DNA of 64,000 nt. Source: Heptranchias perlo (taxonomy: Eukaryota). Location of the stretch: the NCBI RefSeq assembly GCF_035084215.1, contig NC_090348.1:46376001-46440000 (forward strand), read 5' to 3'. This document shows positions 47,121-60,739 of this stretch, piece by piece; position 1 is the stretch's first letter; the number at the start of each line of letters is the position of its first letter. The notes under the pieces are model-generated. The model saw only the letters and a list, made by a program, of their open reading frames with translations, did no database searches and had not been told where the DNA came from. The position numbers and the translations under genes were made by a program.

Positions 47121-47767
47121 GTAAGTAGACCAAAGTTGGAAGAATGGGGGGGGGGGGGTCAGGAAGATAAAATTGCAGGGTAGAGGTGTACAGCAGACTG
47201 TATGGTACCTTTTTGATGCTGCAGTATATCCCAAGGAGCTTCACTGAGCAGGGATTTGACAGGAGAGGTGACTAAAGGCAAGGTTGAACAAGTAGATTTT
47301 GAAGCTTTTGTGCTGGTGAAGAGTTGAAGTGAGATGGTTGAATTTTGGGAAAGGATTCCAAAGGGCATTAGGACATTGGTTCCAAACTTGAGGCTGTGGA
47401 AATTTCATCTGCATTCCGCATCCAGTTAGGATTCAAGAACATGGATTGCGATGTTGAGTTGGTGTCCGAGTTTTGCTTGATTACTTATAGTGTGGGGGTG
47501 CCTAGGGGATAAAATGACCATGTTTTGCTCCTGAGTTTTTCCTGCAGTAAGTCATCTTTGGCAGACAAAATAAATGGGGGGAGGATTCCTTGGTGCTGCA
47601 GACCCTACATTCTGTCTGAGCAGAGTAGGGCCAAATGAAGTTTATGTTCTCTTTGTACTTTGCTACATGTACCGATGTGTCGAGGCAAAAGTGGTTTTGT
47701 AAACTGGGGCCAGTTGGTTAAAGGGGAAAGTTGCTGACACGTTTGACCTCCCCCTCTCTGGTTTCAG

Positions 47768-47967
47768 GCGACATGTACACTGCCGACAGTGACGGCCACG
47801 AGCCCGAGTGGGTGAAAACCGAGCGCGAGCAGTTCACCGAGTTCAGAGACCGGAACAAAGACGGCAAAATGGACAAGGACGAAACCAAGGACTGGATCCT
47901 GCCAGCTGACTATGACCATGCTGAGGCCGAGGCCCGCCATCTTGTCTACGAATCTGATGAAAACCAG
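47768..47967 (+). CDS. CALU: Calumenin exon 6 (EF-hand 5 and start of EF-hand 6)
   Basis: 200 nt, AG..GTGAGC, phase 1 to 0; [56 protein letters not shown]. Confidence 0.96.
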
Positions 47968-48029
47968 GTGAGCTGTGCCCACTGCTCGTCCGGTCTTGCT
48001 TAACGGACCGAGTGTCAGGCGTATAATTC

Positions 48030-48478
48030 CATTACCCAGCCTTTCACCGCACCACCACTGGAGGCCGTGTCTTCAGCTGCCTGGGCCCTAAGCTCTGGAA
48101 TTCTTTCCCCAAACCCCTCCACCTCTCTCCTTTAACACACTCCTTAAAACCTACCTCTTCAAGTTTTTGGTCACCTGTCCTAATATCTCCTTATGTGGCT
48201 CGGCATCACATTGTCTGATCGCTCCTGTGCATCACCTTGGGACATTTAACTACATTAACAACAACAATTTGCACTTATATAGTGCCTTTAGTTAAATGTC
48301 CCAAGGTGCTTCATGAGCGATTATCAGACAAAATTTGACACCAAGCCACATAAGGATATATTAGGACAGGTGACCAAAAACTTGGTCAAAGAGGTAGGTT
48401 TTAAGGAGTATGTTAAAGGAGGGGAGAGAGAGGTGGAGCGAGTTAATGGCACTATATAAATGCAAGTTCGAAACAGAT
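48030..48478. mobile_element. L2-type LINE 3' fragments forming an inverted pair
   Basis: CCTTAAAACCTACCTCTT..TTTTGGTCACCTGTCCTAATAT at about 48140-48200 is mirrored at about 48340-48410. Confidence 0.65.
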
Positions 48479-49019
48479 CGATCACACTGTGCACTCGGAG
48501 AGTGGCAATGGAGAAAGGGGAGGCAGAAGAATCAGCTCTAGCCCATTCCGACCTGTTGTCCACTGACATCTGATTGAAGTGCCTGTGTGTGGACAGCAGG
48601 TGAGGGTTATAATGGCACCTTGCATGGTGGAATAGCACGCTGACATTCCACTGTTCAGATCAAGAATGACCACTTGGGGAGGCACTAGAGGCTGCTGACT
48701 CCTGTGAAACCCTATCCAAATCTTCGAGATGGGATAAATGGGTCAGGGGAGGAATATGCAACAGATTCTTTCAATGAATACACTCAAGTCAGTGAGCATA
48801 GGAAATCAGTTATTCTCTGTTGGAGCTGACCAGTGATGAGTAAAGATGGTGTCTGTGGGGTTGGGAAGTGGAGAACATGTATATAGAGAAGTGGATGAGG
48901 TATGATTTTTTTTTCTTTAGATTAGGAAAGGAATTGACAATTCATAAGCAAATTGTTTATTGAAGATCTCAAATACCAGTTTTTTTTTAAAAAATTGGGA
49001 AGTTGAGTGTCTGCATGGT

Positions 49020-51210
49020 AATAGGACACCCAAGTCTCTTGACACCAAAACTGTACACAGTACTCCAGGTGAGGTCTCACCAAAGCCCTATACAATTGTA
49101 ATAAGACTTCCTTACTCTGGATACAAAGCTAGGTGGGAAGGTAAGCTGTGAGGAGGACACAGTCTGCAAAGGGATAGAGACAGGTTAAATGAGTGGGCAA
49201 GAAGGGGGCAGATGGTGTACAATGTGGGGAAATGTGAGGTTATTCACTTTGGTAGGAAGAATAGAAAAGCAGAATATTTTTTTAAATGGTGAGAAACTAT
49301 TAAATGTTGGTGTCCAGAGAGACTTGGGTGTCCTGGTACAAGAAACACAAAAAGTTAGCATGCAGGTACAGCAAGCAATTAGGAGGGCAAATGGCATTTT
49401 GGCCTTTATTGCAAGGGGATTGGAGTACAAGAGTAAGGAAGTCTTGCTACAGTTGTACAGGACTTTGGTGAGTCCTCACCTGGGGTACTGTGTACAGTTT
49501 TGGTCTCCTTACCTAAGGAAGGATATACTTGCCTTAGAGGCAGTGCAGTGAATGTTCACTAGATTAATTCCTGGGATGAGAGGGTTGTCCTAAGAAGTTG
49601 AGTAGAATGGACCTATACTCTCAAAGAATGAGAGGGGATCTCACTGAAATATACAAGATTCTGAGGGGGCTTGACAGGGTAGAGGCTGAGAGGTTGTTTC
49701 CCATGGCTGGAGAATCTCAAACCCAGAGGGCATAGTTGCAGGATAAGGGGTCGGCCATTTAAGACAAATGAACATAAGAACATAAGAAATAGGAGCAGGA
49801 GTAGGCCAATCGGCCCCTCGAGCCTGCTCCGCCATTCAATAAGATCATGGCTGATCTGATCCTAACCTCAAATCCAAAGAACACAAGAAGTAGGAGCAGG
49901 ACCCGGCCAATCAGCCCCTGGGCCCGCTCCATCACCCACAGGGTCTTGACCGATCCGAACTCAGTTTCATGTCCAATTTCCTGCCCGCTCCCCGTAACTC
50001 CTAATTCCCTTTACTTCTAGGAAACTGTCTTTTTCTGTTAAATTTATTTAATGATGTAGCTTCCACAGCTTCCTGGGGCAGCAAATTCCACAGACCTACT
50101 ACCCTCTGAGTGAAGAAGTTTCTCCTCACCTCAGTTTTGAAAGAGCAGCCCCTTATTCTAAGATTGTGCCCCCTTGTTCTAGTTTCACCCATCCTTGGGA
50201 ACATCCTTACCGCATCCACCCGATCAAGCCCCTTCACAATCTTATATGTTTCAATAAGATCGCCTCTCATTCTTCTGAACTCCAATGAGTAGAGTCCCAA
50301 TCTACTCAACCTCTCCTCATATGTCCGCCCCCTCATCCCCGGGATTAGCCGAGTGAACCATCTTTGTACTGCCTCGAGAGCAAGTATGTCTTTTCTTAAG
50401 TATGGACACCAAAACTGTATGCAGTATTCAGGTGCGGTCTCACCAATACCTTATATAACTGCAGCAATACCTCCCTGTTTTTATATTCTATCCCCCTAGC
50501 AATAAAAGCCAACATTCCATTGGCCTTCTTGATCACCTGCTGCACCTGCATACTAACTTTTTGATTTTCTTGCACTAGGACCCCCAGATCCCTTTGTACT
50601 GCAGTACTTTCCAGTTTCTCGCCATTAAGATAAGAACTTGCTCTCTGATTTTTGCTGCCAAAGTGCATAACCTCACATTTTCCAATATTGTATTGCATCT
50701 GCCAAATCTCCGCCCACTCACCCAGCCTGTCTATATCCCCTTGTAGGTTTTTTATGTCCTCCTCACTCTCTACTTTCCCTCCCTCTTTGTATCATCTGCA
50801 AACTTTGATATGTTACACTTGGTCCCCTCCTCCAAATCCTTACTATAGATTGTAAAGAGTTGGGGACCCAGCACCGACCCCTGCGGAACACCACTGGCTA
50901 CCGGTTGCCAGTCCGAGAATGAACCATTTATCCCAACTCTCTGCTTCCTGTTAGAAAATGAGGAGGTTTTTGTTCACTCAGGGTTGTGAATCTTTGGAAT
51001 TCTCTACCCCAGAGGGCTGTGAATGCTCAGTCGTTTGACTATATTCAAGGCTGAGATAGATAGATACAGATTTCTGGACTCGAGGGGAATCTAGGGATAT
51101 GGGATCGGGCAGGAAAGTGGAGTTGAGGTCTAAGATTAGCCATTATCTTATTGAATGGTGGAGCAGGCTCGAGGGGCCGTATGGCCTGCTCCTATCTCAC
51201 GTTCTTATGG
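49020..51210 (+). mobile_element. CR1 LINE fragment (short inverted 5' piece) split by an antisense CR1
   Basis: Plus-strand CR1 ORF2 C-terminal sequence at 49119-49771 resumes at 50956-51210 with the tail; 49020-49118 is inverted CR1 sequence. Confidence 0.85.
49772..50955 (-). mobile_element. Younger 5'-truncated CR1 LINE inserted antisense
   Basis: Minus-strand [20 protein letters not shown] and FFTQRVVGLWN; (TTCTTATG)n tail; AAATGA at 49766-49771 and 50956-50961. Confidence 0.88.
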
Positions 51211-51416
51211 TGTTGAGCAGAGATTTTTCACCCAATGGGAAATTATTGTGGAAAGTCAATTTCAATGAATTCAATAGGCAATTGGATACATTTCCAGAGA
51301 AGGGATTGATTAGATATGGTGGATGGGGTTGATCTGTCGAAGGGGCAGGTCTAATGGCCTTCACCTGTTCCAAGTTACATGGCTCCCTTTTTACCGTTTT
51401 CCCCATTCTGTTCCAG

Positions 51417-51521
51417 GATGGAAAACTCTCAAAGGAAGAAATAATCAAGAAGTACGACCTGTTTGTGGGGAGCCAGGCCACAGACTTCGGGGAGGCCTTA
51501 GTGAGACACGATGAGTTCTAA
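51417..51521 (+). CDS. CALU: Calumenin exon 7 (last coding exon, C-terminal HDEF); full protein 316 aa
   Basis: ttccAG acceptor, phase 0; [34 protein letters not shown] then TAA. Confidence 0.97.
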   Translation, partial: DGKLSKEEIIKKYDLFVGSQATDFGEALVRHDEF

Positions 51522-52840
51522 GTATGTAGATAACTACTGCAGAAAAGAACAACAAGAATCCATTCCATAAAGAAGGGATAATTTATTTTTTACAACTTGC
51601 TGTTTAACTCGAGGTGTTCTGTTCTCAGGCTGTTAACTGAACTTGAATTGGAAGCAGAGAAGGGGGTTGCAGAGAGTGGCCATCTTGTGAAATTACTGAT
51701 TTTATATTTACTTCCCATGTATGTGTAAAACCAAACTTATTTTTGTATTGTGTATTTTTTTTCTTTTTCCTTGATCAGATGATTTAATAACTTCTAATTT
51801 CACCCAAAGTCTGCTTAACCTCCAGGAAATTCCAAATCAGATGTGTTTGTTAAAAAGGCCTGGTTTATAGAAGTCCTGGTCAATTGTTCATTGTACATAG
51901 AATTGAGAAATGCTTTGATTATGGAAATACTTTTTGATCAGAGCTCTTGTTTCATATCTTAACGGCAGAATAATAAGTGGGGATGCATGGTGTGTGTATA
52001 ACTGGAGTTTTGGGGCTCAAACCTGTGTGTACACTCGTGATACCAGCAGGAGACCAGATACACCTTTTAGTAAAGTACCTTGGCCATCTGTTACATTGTG
52101 TACTACAGTGTTCATCCATTTTGTAATGTACTGCCACAGGGGGAGAGGGAGTAGAATCTCTGCCGGGCAGGAAAAGACCAGCTGGTCCATCAAGCCTGCC
52201 CTACACCTCGTGATAGCTGGAGCATCGTGACTAGACACTTCCCACCCCCTCTCCCCCACACCATGGGCAACCATGTAATCTCCTAGCAGAGGTTTAAAAA
52301 AAAAACAGGGCCAATAAGTGAGAAAATACTCCAGAAAATTGCTCTCCGACCCCCTCAGGCGATTGAAACCAGTCCAGGATATCACATGGACCAAGTATTA
52401 ATCTATAAAGACACTCACCTTCTATAAGATGTGATCTCTGACTCAGTCAAGCTCTCTTGAAGGCATAATTGTATATAGTATTGATCGTGTAATAACCGTT
52501 ATATACCTTTGTCCCCATCTCTCTCAGCCTTTCACTGGCCTCGTGCTGCCTTGTAGTTTAAAGTGTAACAGTAAGAGTCTAGAAATAAACAGTATACTAA
52601 GTTTTTAACCCAACTGGCGATTGGTTTAAGGCAGGTTTACCTCACGTGGATGGGGGCAGGTTGTCCCATTCTGCTGCTTATAAACTACACAGGCATCCCT
52701 CATGAGAATGCGAACATTGTCCAAACAGTTAACTTGAAACATTGCCCTATAACTCAGTCAGTCATTTGTTATCCTATATTTACCATCATGTATTTTGAGG
52801 AGAGAATATATATTTGGAGAGATTAAATATAAATATTCAC

Positions 52841-52846
52841 AATAAA
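52841..52846 (+). terminator. Candidate CALU polyadenylation signal (alternatives at 52584 and 56429)
   Basis: AATAAA hexamers downstream of the stop; the one at 56429 is followed by a T/GT-rich tract. Which site is used cannot be determined. Confidence 0.4.
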
Positions 52847-55264
52847 AGTGACATACTACATTTAAAGAAAAAACATTTGCATCCAGTCACTAAGTAAGTA
52901 AATTCAGTATTATATTTGTACATATAATTGAAATGCATGTCGTTGATTTTTCTTGGTATTAATGCATTGTGTGAGTGGAGAATGTAGTATCTTGTGCAGT
53001 CCACTTACTTGGATGGTGGGTTTTTAAACCAAGCAGGTGGCATAGAATGAGACTGCAAATAAACCTGGAGTAACGGTGCCTGTAAGCTTTTGTTTGTTTG
53101 GGGGATGGATATGTGCTAGAAGCTTATGACCGGCTCCTTTTAAAATGGCAATACACAAGCAACTTAAACAGCCGGTGTAACACCTGCTCCATACAAACTA
53201 GAAGGTACCAGGTTTGATAGGGTCTGCGCTGAATGAGCTGATCCCAGTCCGAGCAGCAGCTGGGGCTGCAGTTGCCTCGTGGCTGAGGAGGGGAAAGTAA
53301 GTTAGGGTTCTTGCTACTGAAATTGCGTGTTTGTTAGAACAAAATCAAGCTTGGCTATAATGTCTCTACAGTCAAATAATCTCCCAAAACTCATGCCTAG
53401 GCACACGTGTGAGGAATGGAGACTTGGGTGAGGTACGGAGTTTTCTGGCTCCTGTGGCACTGTACCCCATCAAAACGTGGGGAGAGGAAAGGTGGGGGGG
53501 GGAAGGAAGGAGAGAGAATTTGATGGTGTTTGTGATCAAGCAGATTTTTGTGAGGAGGAGGGGGTTATGACGACTTGTGCTTGTTGGTCAATGGTTTTGT
53601 TGCCTTTAAGGTTTGGAGAACAAGTCACTAGTGCAGGGCATTCTTTCCACTCAAGTTCACAAGTACAGATCACTTGTGGGGAAGAGGAAAGGAGGAATGC
53701 GTCAAGGCCACTGCACAGCGGTTTAATAGGGTTTCATTTAGTCAGTGTGAAGGAAGTGAACATCACACTGACTGGTGTGGTTAGCCTGTGGGCTGCACCG
53801 GCATGTGCTTAAACTTCTTCAAATCTTGGTGTTTAAAAACCACACACACTCCTGGGAACGAGTGCAGTCTGACTGGCCTTTTCTCACTCGAGTCTATCGA
53901 GCCTGCTCTGACCAGTGTTCATGTACTGTTAATGGATCATGGCATTCTCTCCCTGCCCCTGCTCCACCAGCTGTACCTCAGTCAGCATGTGAAGGAATGG
54001 GGCTCTGTCAACATCCCACGCAAACCATTGACCAACTTTATCTTTCGATTGTAGGCTTAATTTCTATCATTTTCTGTTTCCAACATTTTATGTCTTGCCA
54101 CTAAAAATGAGCAAAGTTTATTTTAAATGCTCTAAGCCCATGCTGCTTTGTTTTTCTTCCATGCTATCTGGTGATGCCCAGTTCCAGCACCAAAGTGATG
54201 ATCTGACCTTGATTGAGGAGTCGTAGCCCCCTGCTGATTTATAGGGAACCACTGCGGCCAAGGCTACCATTTAACCATAGACTGAGTCAGCCACCTAGCT
54301 CCGCCCCCCCAAACCTTCATCGCCCGCGCCCTCTGGTCACGCGATCAATGCATTGGATGCAGTTTCCACATTCACTGAAGCTCTTCAAGTTAAAATGTGC
54401 TCTCCAGTGCACAATGCTGGTTTTTATTTCTCCCTGCCACTGCAACTAATGGCCTCTAATGTTGACTCTAATCTGCTGAATCCAAATGAGTGGGACTGTT
54501 TTATCTGCAGTTGTACAAAATGGTCTCCCTCTTGACACCAGTGCACAAGCTGAGGAGTCATTTGTGTCTGTTTGGCATAGTTTCTAACTGAGTTTTAGGT
54601 GGCTCCTGGTGGTGTCTAGGATCAGTCACCTCCCTCTTTCATGTCGAACTGGTTGCATAGCGAGGAGAGCAATTCGAGTCAGATACTTTTTTATAGTGAC
54701 AATCTTAATTGGCATTTCCCCCACTGCACCCCCACACAAGAGTTTGCTCCCTCCCTAGTTTGTAACAATGTTGTCACCTTCCCTCCAGTACCTGGTTTGA
54801 GATTGGAAATTCAGCATATAGTGAGTATCCATCTTCCACTGCTCTGTACTACAGCAGTTTTGAAAGTGTTTCTGACCCCCTGCGTGCGTAACCAGGCAGC
54901 TGAGTGTCTTCTCATCAGACATTGGATTCCTTTTCAAAAATTAAGTTGTGTTAAGTTCTTCAAAGGTTATAAATAGACAATAACAGATACTTGAGTTATA
55001 GGCTGGGATCTAATCGAGGGCTTTAAAGGGATGCCCGGAATTGTAATGGTTAACATCAGTGGGGTTTTTAAATTTGTCGCTCTGCTTTTTATACCAACAC
55101 TGCCATCATTTTGGCACGTGACTGAAGCCTCATACTCCTTCCCACCCTCTGAGCCCCCCTGCCACTGGCGCACGTGGATTGGATTCTTTCCTTTTCAGTG
55201 TTGGAGGTGAACCTGCAACATTTCATTTAGATTTTGTAAAATCTGGACTAGATTTAATGTAAGA

Positions 55265-55670
55265 AAGATGTTAGGCCAGTATCATTTCATCTCTGCAACC
55301 TGGGCTCAAATGTAACCTGGGCAGAATTTGGACAGTCTCCATCTGGTTCTTATTGGACATAGTTTGGGCGCACAGAATTGCCCATTGTTTCTCTCTAAAT
55401 AGTCTCACAGGATGGCTGATAGCAGAAGTGAAAAATATCTCACTGGGTGCAGTAAGAGGCACCATTGTGATATTTTTCCTCAGCTCTTCTGAGATTATCA
55501 CTGATACGCACTGGGCAGAATAGATGGAGCTCTACCCAATCTGCCCTGGGATTGTTTGATGGGCCAGTGTAGAGGGAGCTTTACTCCGTATCTAACCCGT
55601 GCTGTACCTGCCCTGGGAGTGTTTGATCTGACACTGGGTGCCTGAATTGGAAGCTATTCTTTTCATCCAG
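55265..55670 (+). mobile_element. LF-SINE-like element containing about 1.5 units of the 67-bp repeat
   Basis: tRNA-like head; 3' part GGCCAGTGTAGAGGGAGCTTTACTCCGTATCTAACCCGTGCTGTACCTGCCCTGGGAGTGTTTGAT. Confidence 0.55.
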
Positions 55671-56542
55671 CACTGGTTAAATGTAAGTTATCCAGTGATC
55701 CCAGTGCCTGTATGTTCAACTGTCCAACCCTTCATTTATTCAAAATCTAGATCAGTGAATTAAGTACGAAGAATTCTGTGTGCTTTTAAAAATGATCAGA
55801 AACAGGGCTTCATCCAATAAATGAGGACGAGTTGGAAGGACTAATAAGGATGTTGTGCGCAGACTGGTTTGGGCTGAGATGTGATGCCTCCAGCGCTGAT
55901 TAGCCTATCAACACTTACCGCTTATGCTTACACTGTGGTTTCATGGGCAAGGTGTTGGGAGGGCAGCTATTAACTGTGGACATGCGTCCTAGGAAGAACC
56001 AGCACTTTGTGAGGGGGAGAAAACCCAGAGGAGGGGGATAAAATAGACAGATGGCTTAGTTTGTGGCAGGGTCCAAGTCTGCTGCTCAATGTAATGAAAG
56101 TGCAGAGTGCATCACATGCTGGGGTGAGAGCAGCCAAAGCACAGTGTTGTAGATTAGGCTACTTGGATCATGTGGTAGGAAGGGGTGCTGTTGCAGGAAA
56201 ACCAGCTGCTGCCACATATCACTCAGATATTCAGCACATGTTTAGTATATATTTTCACCAAATCAACTCAAACATTTAATTTTGCTGCCTGTGGCCCTTT
56301 GGGCAGGTCTGAGCTGTCACTTGCCTTGTACTTGAAGTGTCAGTAAATCACATTTTTATGATATATCAACACTAGCACATTTTTCTTAATGTTTGCCTGT
56401 GTCTCCTTCAAGTTGAATTCTAATCCTCAATAAAGTGTTTTTTTAAGTAAAGAGATTTTGTTTGTTTATTTCACTAAGTTCCTGGTTCTGTCTTGTGCTT
56501 TGCCTTGAAATCCTTTGTTTTGCTGCAGCTAGTTTTAGCAGT

Positions 56543-56978
56543 GTCAGCTGCGGCTCAGTGAGTAGCACCCTTGTCTCTAAGTCAGAAGGTTGCAGGTTCA
56601 ATTCCTACTCCAGCGATTTGAGCACAAAATCTAGGCTGACACTCCTGTGCAGTACTGAGGGAGTGCTGCACAGGTCGGTAGGTGCTGTCTTTCGGGTGAG
56701 ACCTTAAACTGAAGGCCTGTCTTTCCTCAAGTGGACGTAAAAGATCCTATGGCACTATTTTGAAGAAAAGCAGGGGCGTTCTGCCAATATTTAGCCCTCA
56801 ACCAACTTTTTTTTTAAAAATTGGTCATTATCTCATTTGCTGTTTGTGGGATCTTGCTGTGCGCAAATTGGCTGCAGCATTACAGCAGTGACTATGCTTC
56901 AAAAGTAATTCATTGGCTGTAAAGCACTTTGGGACTCCGAGGTGGTGAAAGGTGTGATAGAAATGCAAGTCATCTTTA
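56543..56978 (+). mobile_element. SacSINE1-like SINE, near full length
   Basis: Same head, core and tail as 8540-8998. Confidence 0.8.
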
Positions 56979-57134
56979 TGTTGGTCGTTTGTTACAGTTC
57001 TGGATTATTACAGCTGTCTCTGTCTCTGTCCTATCAGACCTTGCTTCTCACAGTCTGCAAGCTGTATCTTTTCTGTACAGTGCCCTCAGCTGCCTGACAA
57101 ACAATTGTACCACTTGCTTTCTATAATTTAACTT

Positions 57135-58039
57135 TGGCCCAGAAATTGCTGGAAAAATAACAGTTCACTACCCCCACCATTATTAGTGCGTTTTAAAAAA
57201 AACAGTAATTTGTGGCAAGGAAGAGATACACCATGAATTTCACATCTCCCCAAATTGCTGGACGATTTGTGCTACTCTGCCATTAGCCTTGTAAAAACAC
57301 GAGCTCTCCATCAACCTCCCCGTGAGTGTCAAATTGTTAGATTTGCACCGTAAATATGAATTAATCTCTCCACAGAAAGTTAGGGCTGATATTTCATGTC
57401 GTAAGGACCCTGTTAGTGACGGGATATATGGTCCTGACGTGAATCTTAACCTTGGAGATCCAGTCAGGGAACAAATGAAGCTGCAGTTTCATTCCAGCAG
57501 GTAGTGAATTGTTCAGAGAGGTTTTTTAAACTTTTGTGTCGGAAGGCAATAATTTTCAGGATGCAAAGCTGTTCTGACACTCAGAAATGCAAATTAGATT
57601 TTGAAAAATAATTTTGGTAGTATATGAGTAAGAATGTTTATACATTTCACACGCCTACCAATACACAACTGGGTTACGATGCCCTCTTATACTTGTTCTT
57701 AATTTTTTTCTTACTTTTACTTTGTCTCTCTCTCTCTCTCTCTCATTCCACTCTTTCCCTCTTTATTTCTCTTTCTGTATCTAATTTCACTCTTAATTCA
57801 CCTATTTCCTTCTGTTATTCGCTCTTTCTATATCCTTAAATTTCATTAGTTAAGGAGATCGCGCGATGGGCACTATATTCGTGAGTTCCCAGATGCGATG
57901 TTGACATCGGTGCACCATTGTCAGTTCACATTTCCAGCAATTTGTGGCGCAAAAATAATACGACCTTGAAAGGCGTGGTGAACAAATCCAATTCACATCG
58001 TTCGCTGCGAGAGCTGCCATTCCAGCAATTTATGGGCCA
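57135..58039. mobile_element. Non-autonomous DNA transposon / MITE-like element, about 905 bp
   Basis: Terminal inverted repeats TGGCCCAGAAATTGCTGGAA (57135-57154) and TTCCAGCAATTTATGGGCCA (58020-58039), 19/20 match; subterminal AAATTGCTGG repeats; no transposase ORF. Confidence 0.7.
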
Positions 58040-59887
58040 CCTGGTGCTGTGCGATTAAACTCTCTTCAAAGTGGCAGATGTCATTACACAGACCAGAGAT
58101 TTCCAAATAAAACAAATGAATAGGAATATAAAGGACAATTGTCAAATAGCAAAAGAAAGAACTGTATATTATAGTGTTTAACAACCAATGAATTACTTTG
58201 AAAGTCCGGACACTGTTGCGTGAATTTTTTTCATATGTACTAATCCATCACCTGGAGCACAGAGGAAGAGGAGACCAGCTGTAGTGTTCAGGGGAAGTGG
58301 AGTCAGAGGGTGGGGATATTGGGTAAGAGCACGCATCAGTCCCTGTTTTAAAGTCTTACAATGTCGTCTTACTTTTATATTTCCATTCTAAGCTCCTATG
58401 TCTTCCAGAATGTAAACTGTATGTAAACTTGTCCTCCAATTGCACCTCCTGTCACTGGTGATAATGCAGGATGAGAGGGTGTAATTACAGTGTGACATCT
58501 TTATATGGGCAGTTTCCATTATAAATGTGAATATAGGAATTTATAATAGAAGAATGATAAAGTGCATGTTGGTGGAAGATATTTAATAAAGTCCACAAGG
58601 GGTTAGTTACCCTTCATAATGTCTTTAGATTTGATTTAATTGTCTCGGATGAATGCTAAATCCCACACAAAAGCTACTATATCTGAAATTTCCATGTGTA
58701 ACCTATTTGAGTATCGGATGGATCACTTCTCCTCTCCCTCTTTCTCCTAAAATTGGGGCCTACCACTTCATATCTAAGGTTTTCAAGATACCTAATTGAG
58801 CTCCTGCTTAGATTGTCCCATAGACTCCAGTCCAAATTGTTAACCAAGCTGAGTCCATTCAATCTCAATAGGAATAGAGTATATCACGGAGTGAGGTGTA
58901 ACTTTAACTCCTTGCAGAGTATTCAAAGATTGATGTTGGACCCAGGGACATATCAACTAACATTATTTAACAACATCTACGATACAATTATCATCCTGGT
59001 TAAATATTGAGGATTACATTACAGGGGCTGGATATCTAAATATCAGTCAATGGAACCTAAATGGTCACAGGCACATCAGTAACTTTATATCACTATCTAA
59101 GCGTTAGTCATGTTCTGCTGAGTAATTCGTACTCCAATATCTGAGGCTGCAGTATGAATTTACCAAGGTTTAGTTTACAGTCTGTATTCAATGTAGCACT
59201 GGTAAGTGCAGGACGAGTTCCCTGTGATATGAGCATAAAACACAAGCCCTCATCCTTTGGGCAGCTCTGCCTTCCTCTGGAATACTCAGGATCACTTCAG
59301 GGATTCCCTGGAGCTAGTAGTTAACTGTTGTGCTCCTCTTCTCAAGGTGCTCCTCACCTTGTACTTGCGTTATTGCTCTGTACTGTTATACTGTGTTCAG
59401 ATGTAAGCTGTTAAACTACAGTCGCAATACACTTTAGTTTTTATTTCTGTCTGTATGATTAAATACTTAATCTTGGTTTTCCAACTCCCAGTCGTAAGAT
59501 TTTCGTGGCTTTGGAGACCTGCTTTCAAAGTTCTTCACCACTTTGTCTCATGCTCAGATATCAATGGGAACACACTGCCTTATATATCTAATTGTGCCAA
59601 GCAAATCCCACTTAAGGACACATGACCATCACTGACGAACCAAGCTGAACAATTCAAACATATGGACCCTTTTCCATTGGTGTCATTAGACTAGATCGAG
59701 ATGTCAGAATGATAATTTCCTGATTTTAATTAGTTTAACGAAGGGCAAGACTCCAAGTAGAGCTCTTTTTTAATTTCCCAGGGCTTAAGTCATAGTAAGG
59801 CAGACACATTTTCCTATATCAGGGCTGTTCCAGGTTATTCCTGCCTTGTTAACCCTACCTGCTCAAGTAACACAATCTATCGATTTA

Positions 59888-60265
59888 AAAAGAAAGAAAT
59901 TGCATTTATATAGCGCCTTTCACAATCTCAGGATGTCCCAAAGCGCTTCATAGCCAATTATGTACTTTTGAAGTGTAGTCACTGTTGAAATGTAGGAAAT
60001 GCAGCAGCCAATTTGCACACAGGAAGATCCCACAAACAGCAGTGTGATAAATGACAAGTTCATCTGTTTTAGGTTTTGGTTGAGGGATAAATGTTGGCCA
60101 GGATGCGGGGAGAACTCCCCTGCTCTTCGAATAATGCCATGGGATCTTTTACATCCACCTGAGAGGGTAGACGGGGCCTCAGTTTAACGTCTCATCTGAA
60201 AGACGGCACCGCCGACAGTGCAGCACTCCCTCAGTACTGCACTGGGAGTGTCGGCCTGGATTGTG
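59888..60265 (-). mobile_element. SacSINE1-like SINE, 5' truncated
   Basis: Reverse complement of the family core and tail. Confidence 0.78.
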
Positions 60266-60739
60266 CGCTAATCAATCTATTTGCTTACTCTGGTACCAAT
60301 GACTTTAAATAGGAACTTCTACCAGAATGGTTTGTGAAAGGATTTCCCAGCATGCAAGGATTAACCCTTTTATTTTCCCCAGAATGCTTGTGACCAATGC
60401 CCAAAGTTTTCCCACAGAACTGATTTAAGAAACGAGAATCTGGTTTCTGACAAGATGAAGTCAGTGATTTTCTTCTCTTGTAAATGTCTTGCATCAGCTT
60501 CTCGTTGCCTAAACAGAGAGAGAAATTCAGCCTTTCATTCTGACCTGGCGCTGGTATTTAGAGGGCTTCCAGCACAGTTTTAAACTCAAACTTTTAACCC
60601 CTTAGGTGCTGGGACTGACACTTTTGGTCACTCTTTTAATGTGCGAACAAAATCACCAACACTTCATACATACATATGAAGTACATACATACATGCAATT
60701 CACACAAGAAAAACATGATGACATGAAGCAATAATGGGC

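Noticed and set aside
57040-57100. Minus-strand RQLRALYRK as an SWS1 remnant (QLLRAL)
   Set aside because: Match is too short and the flanks show no opsin similarity.
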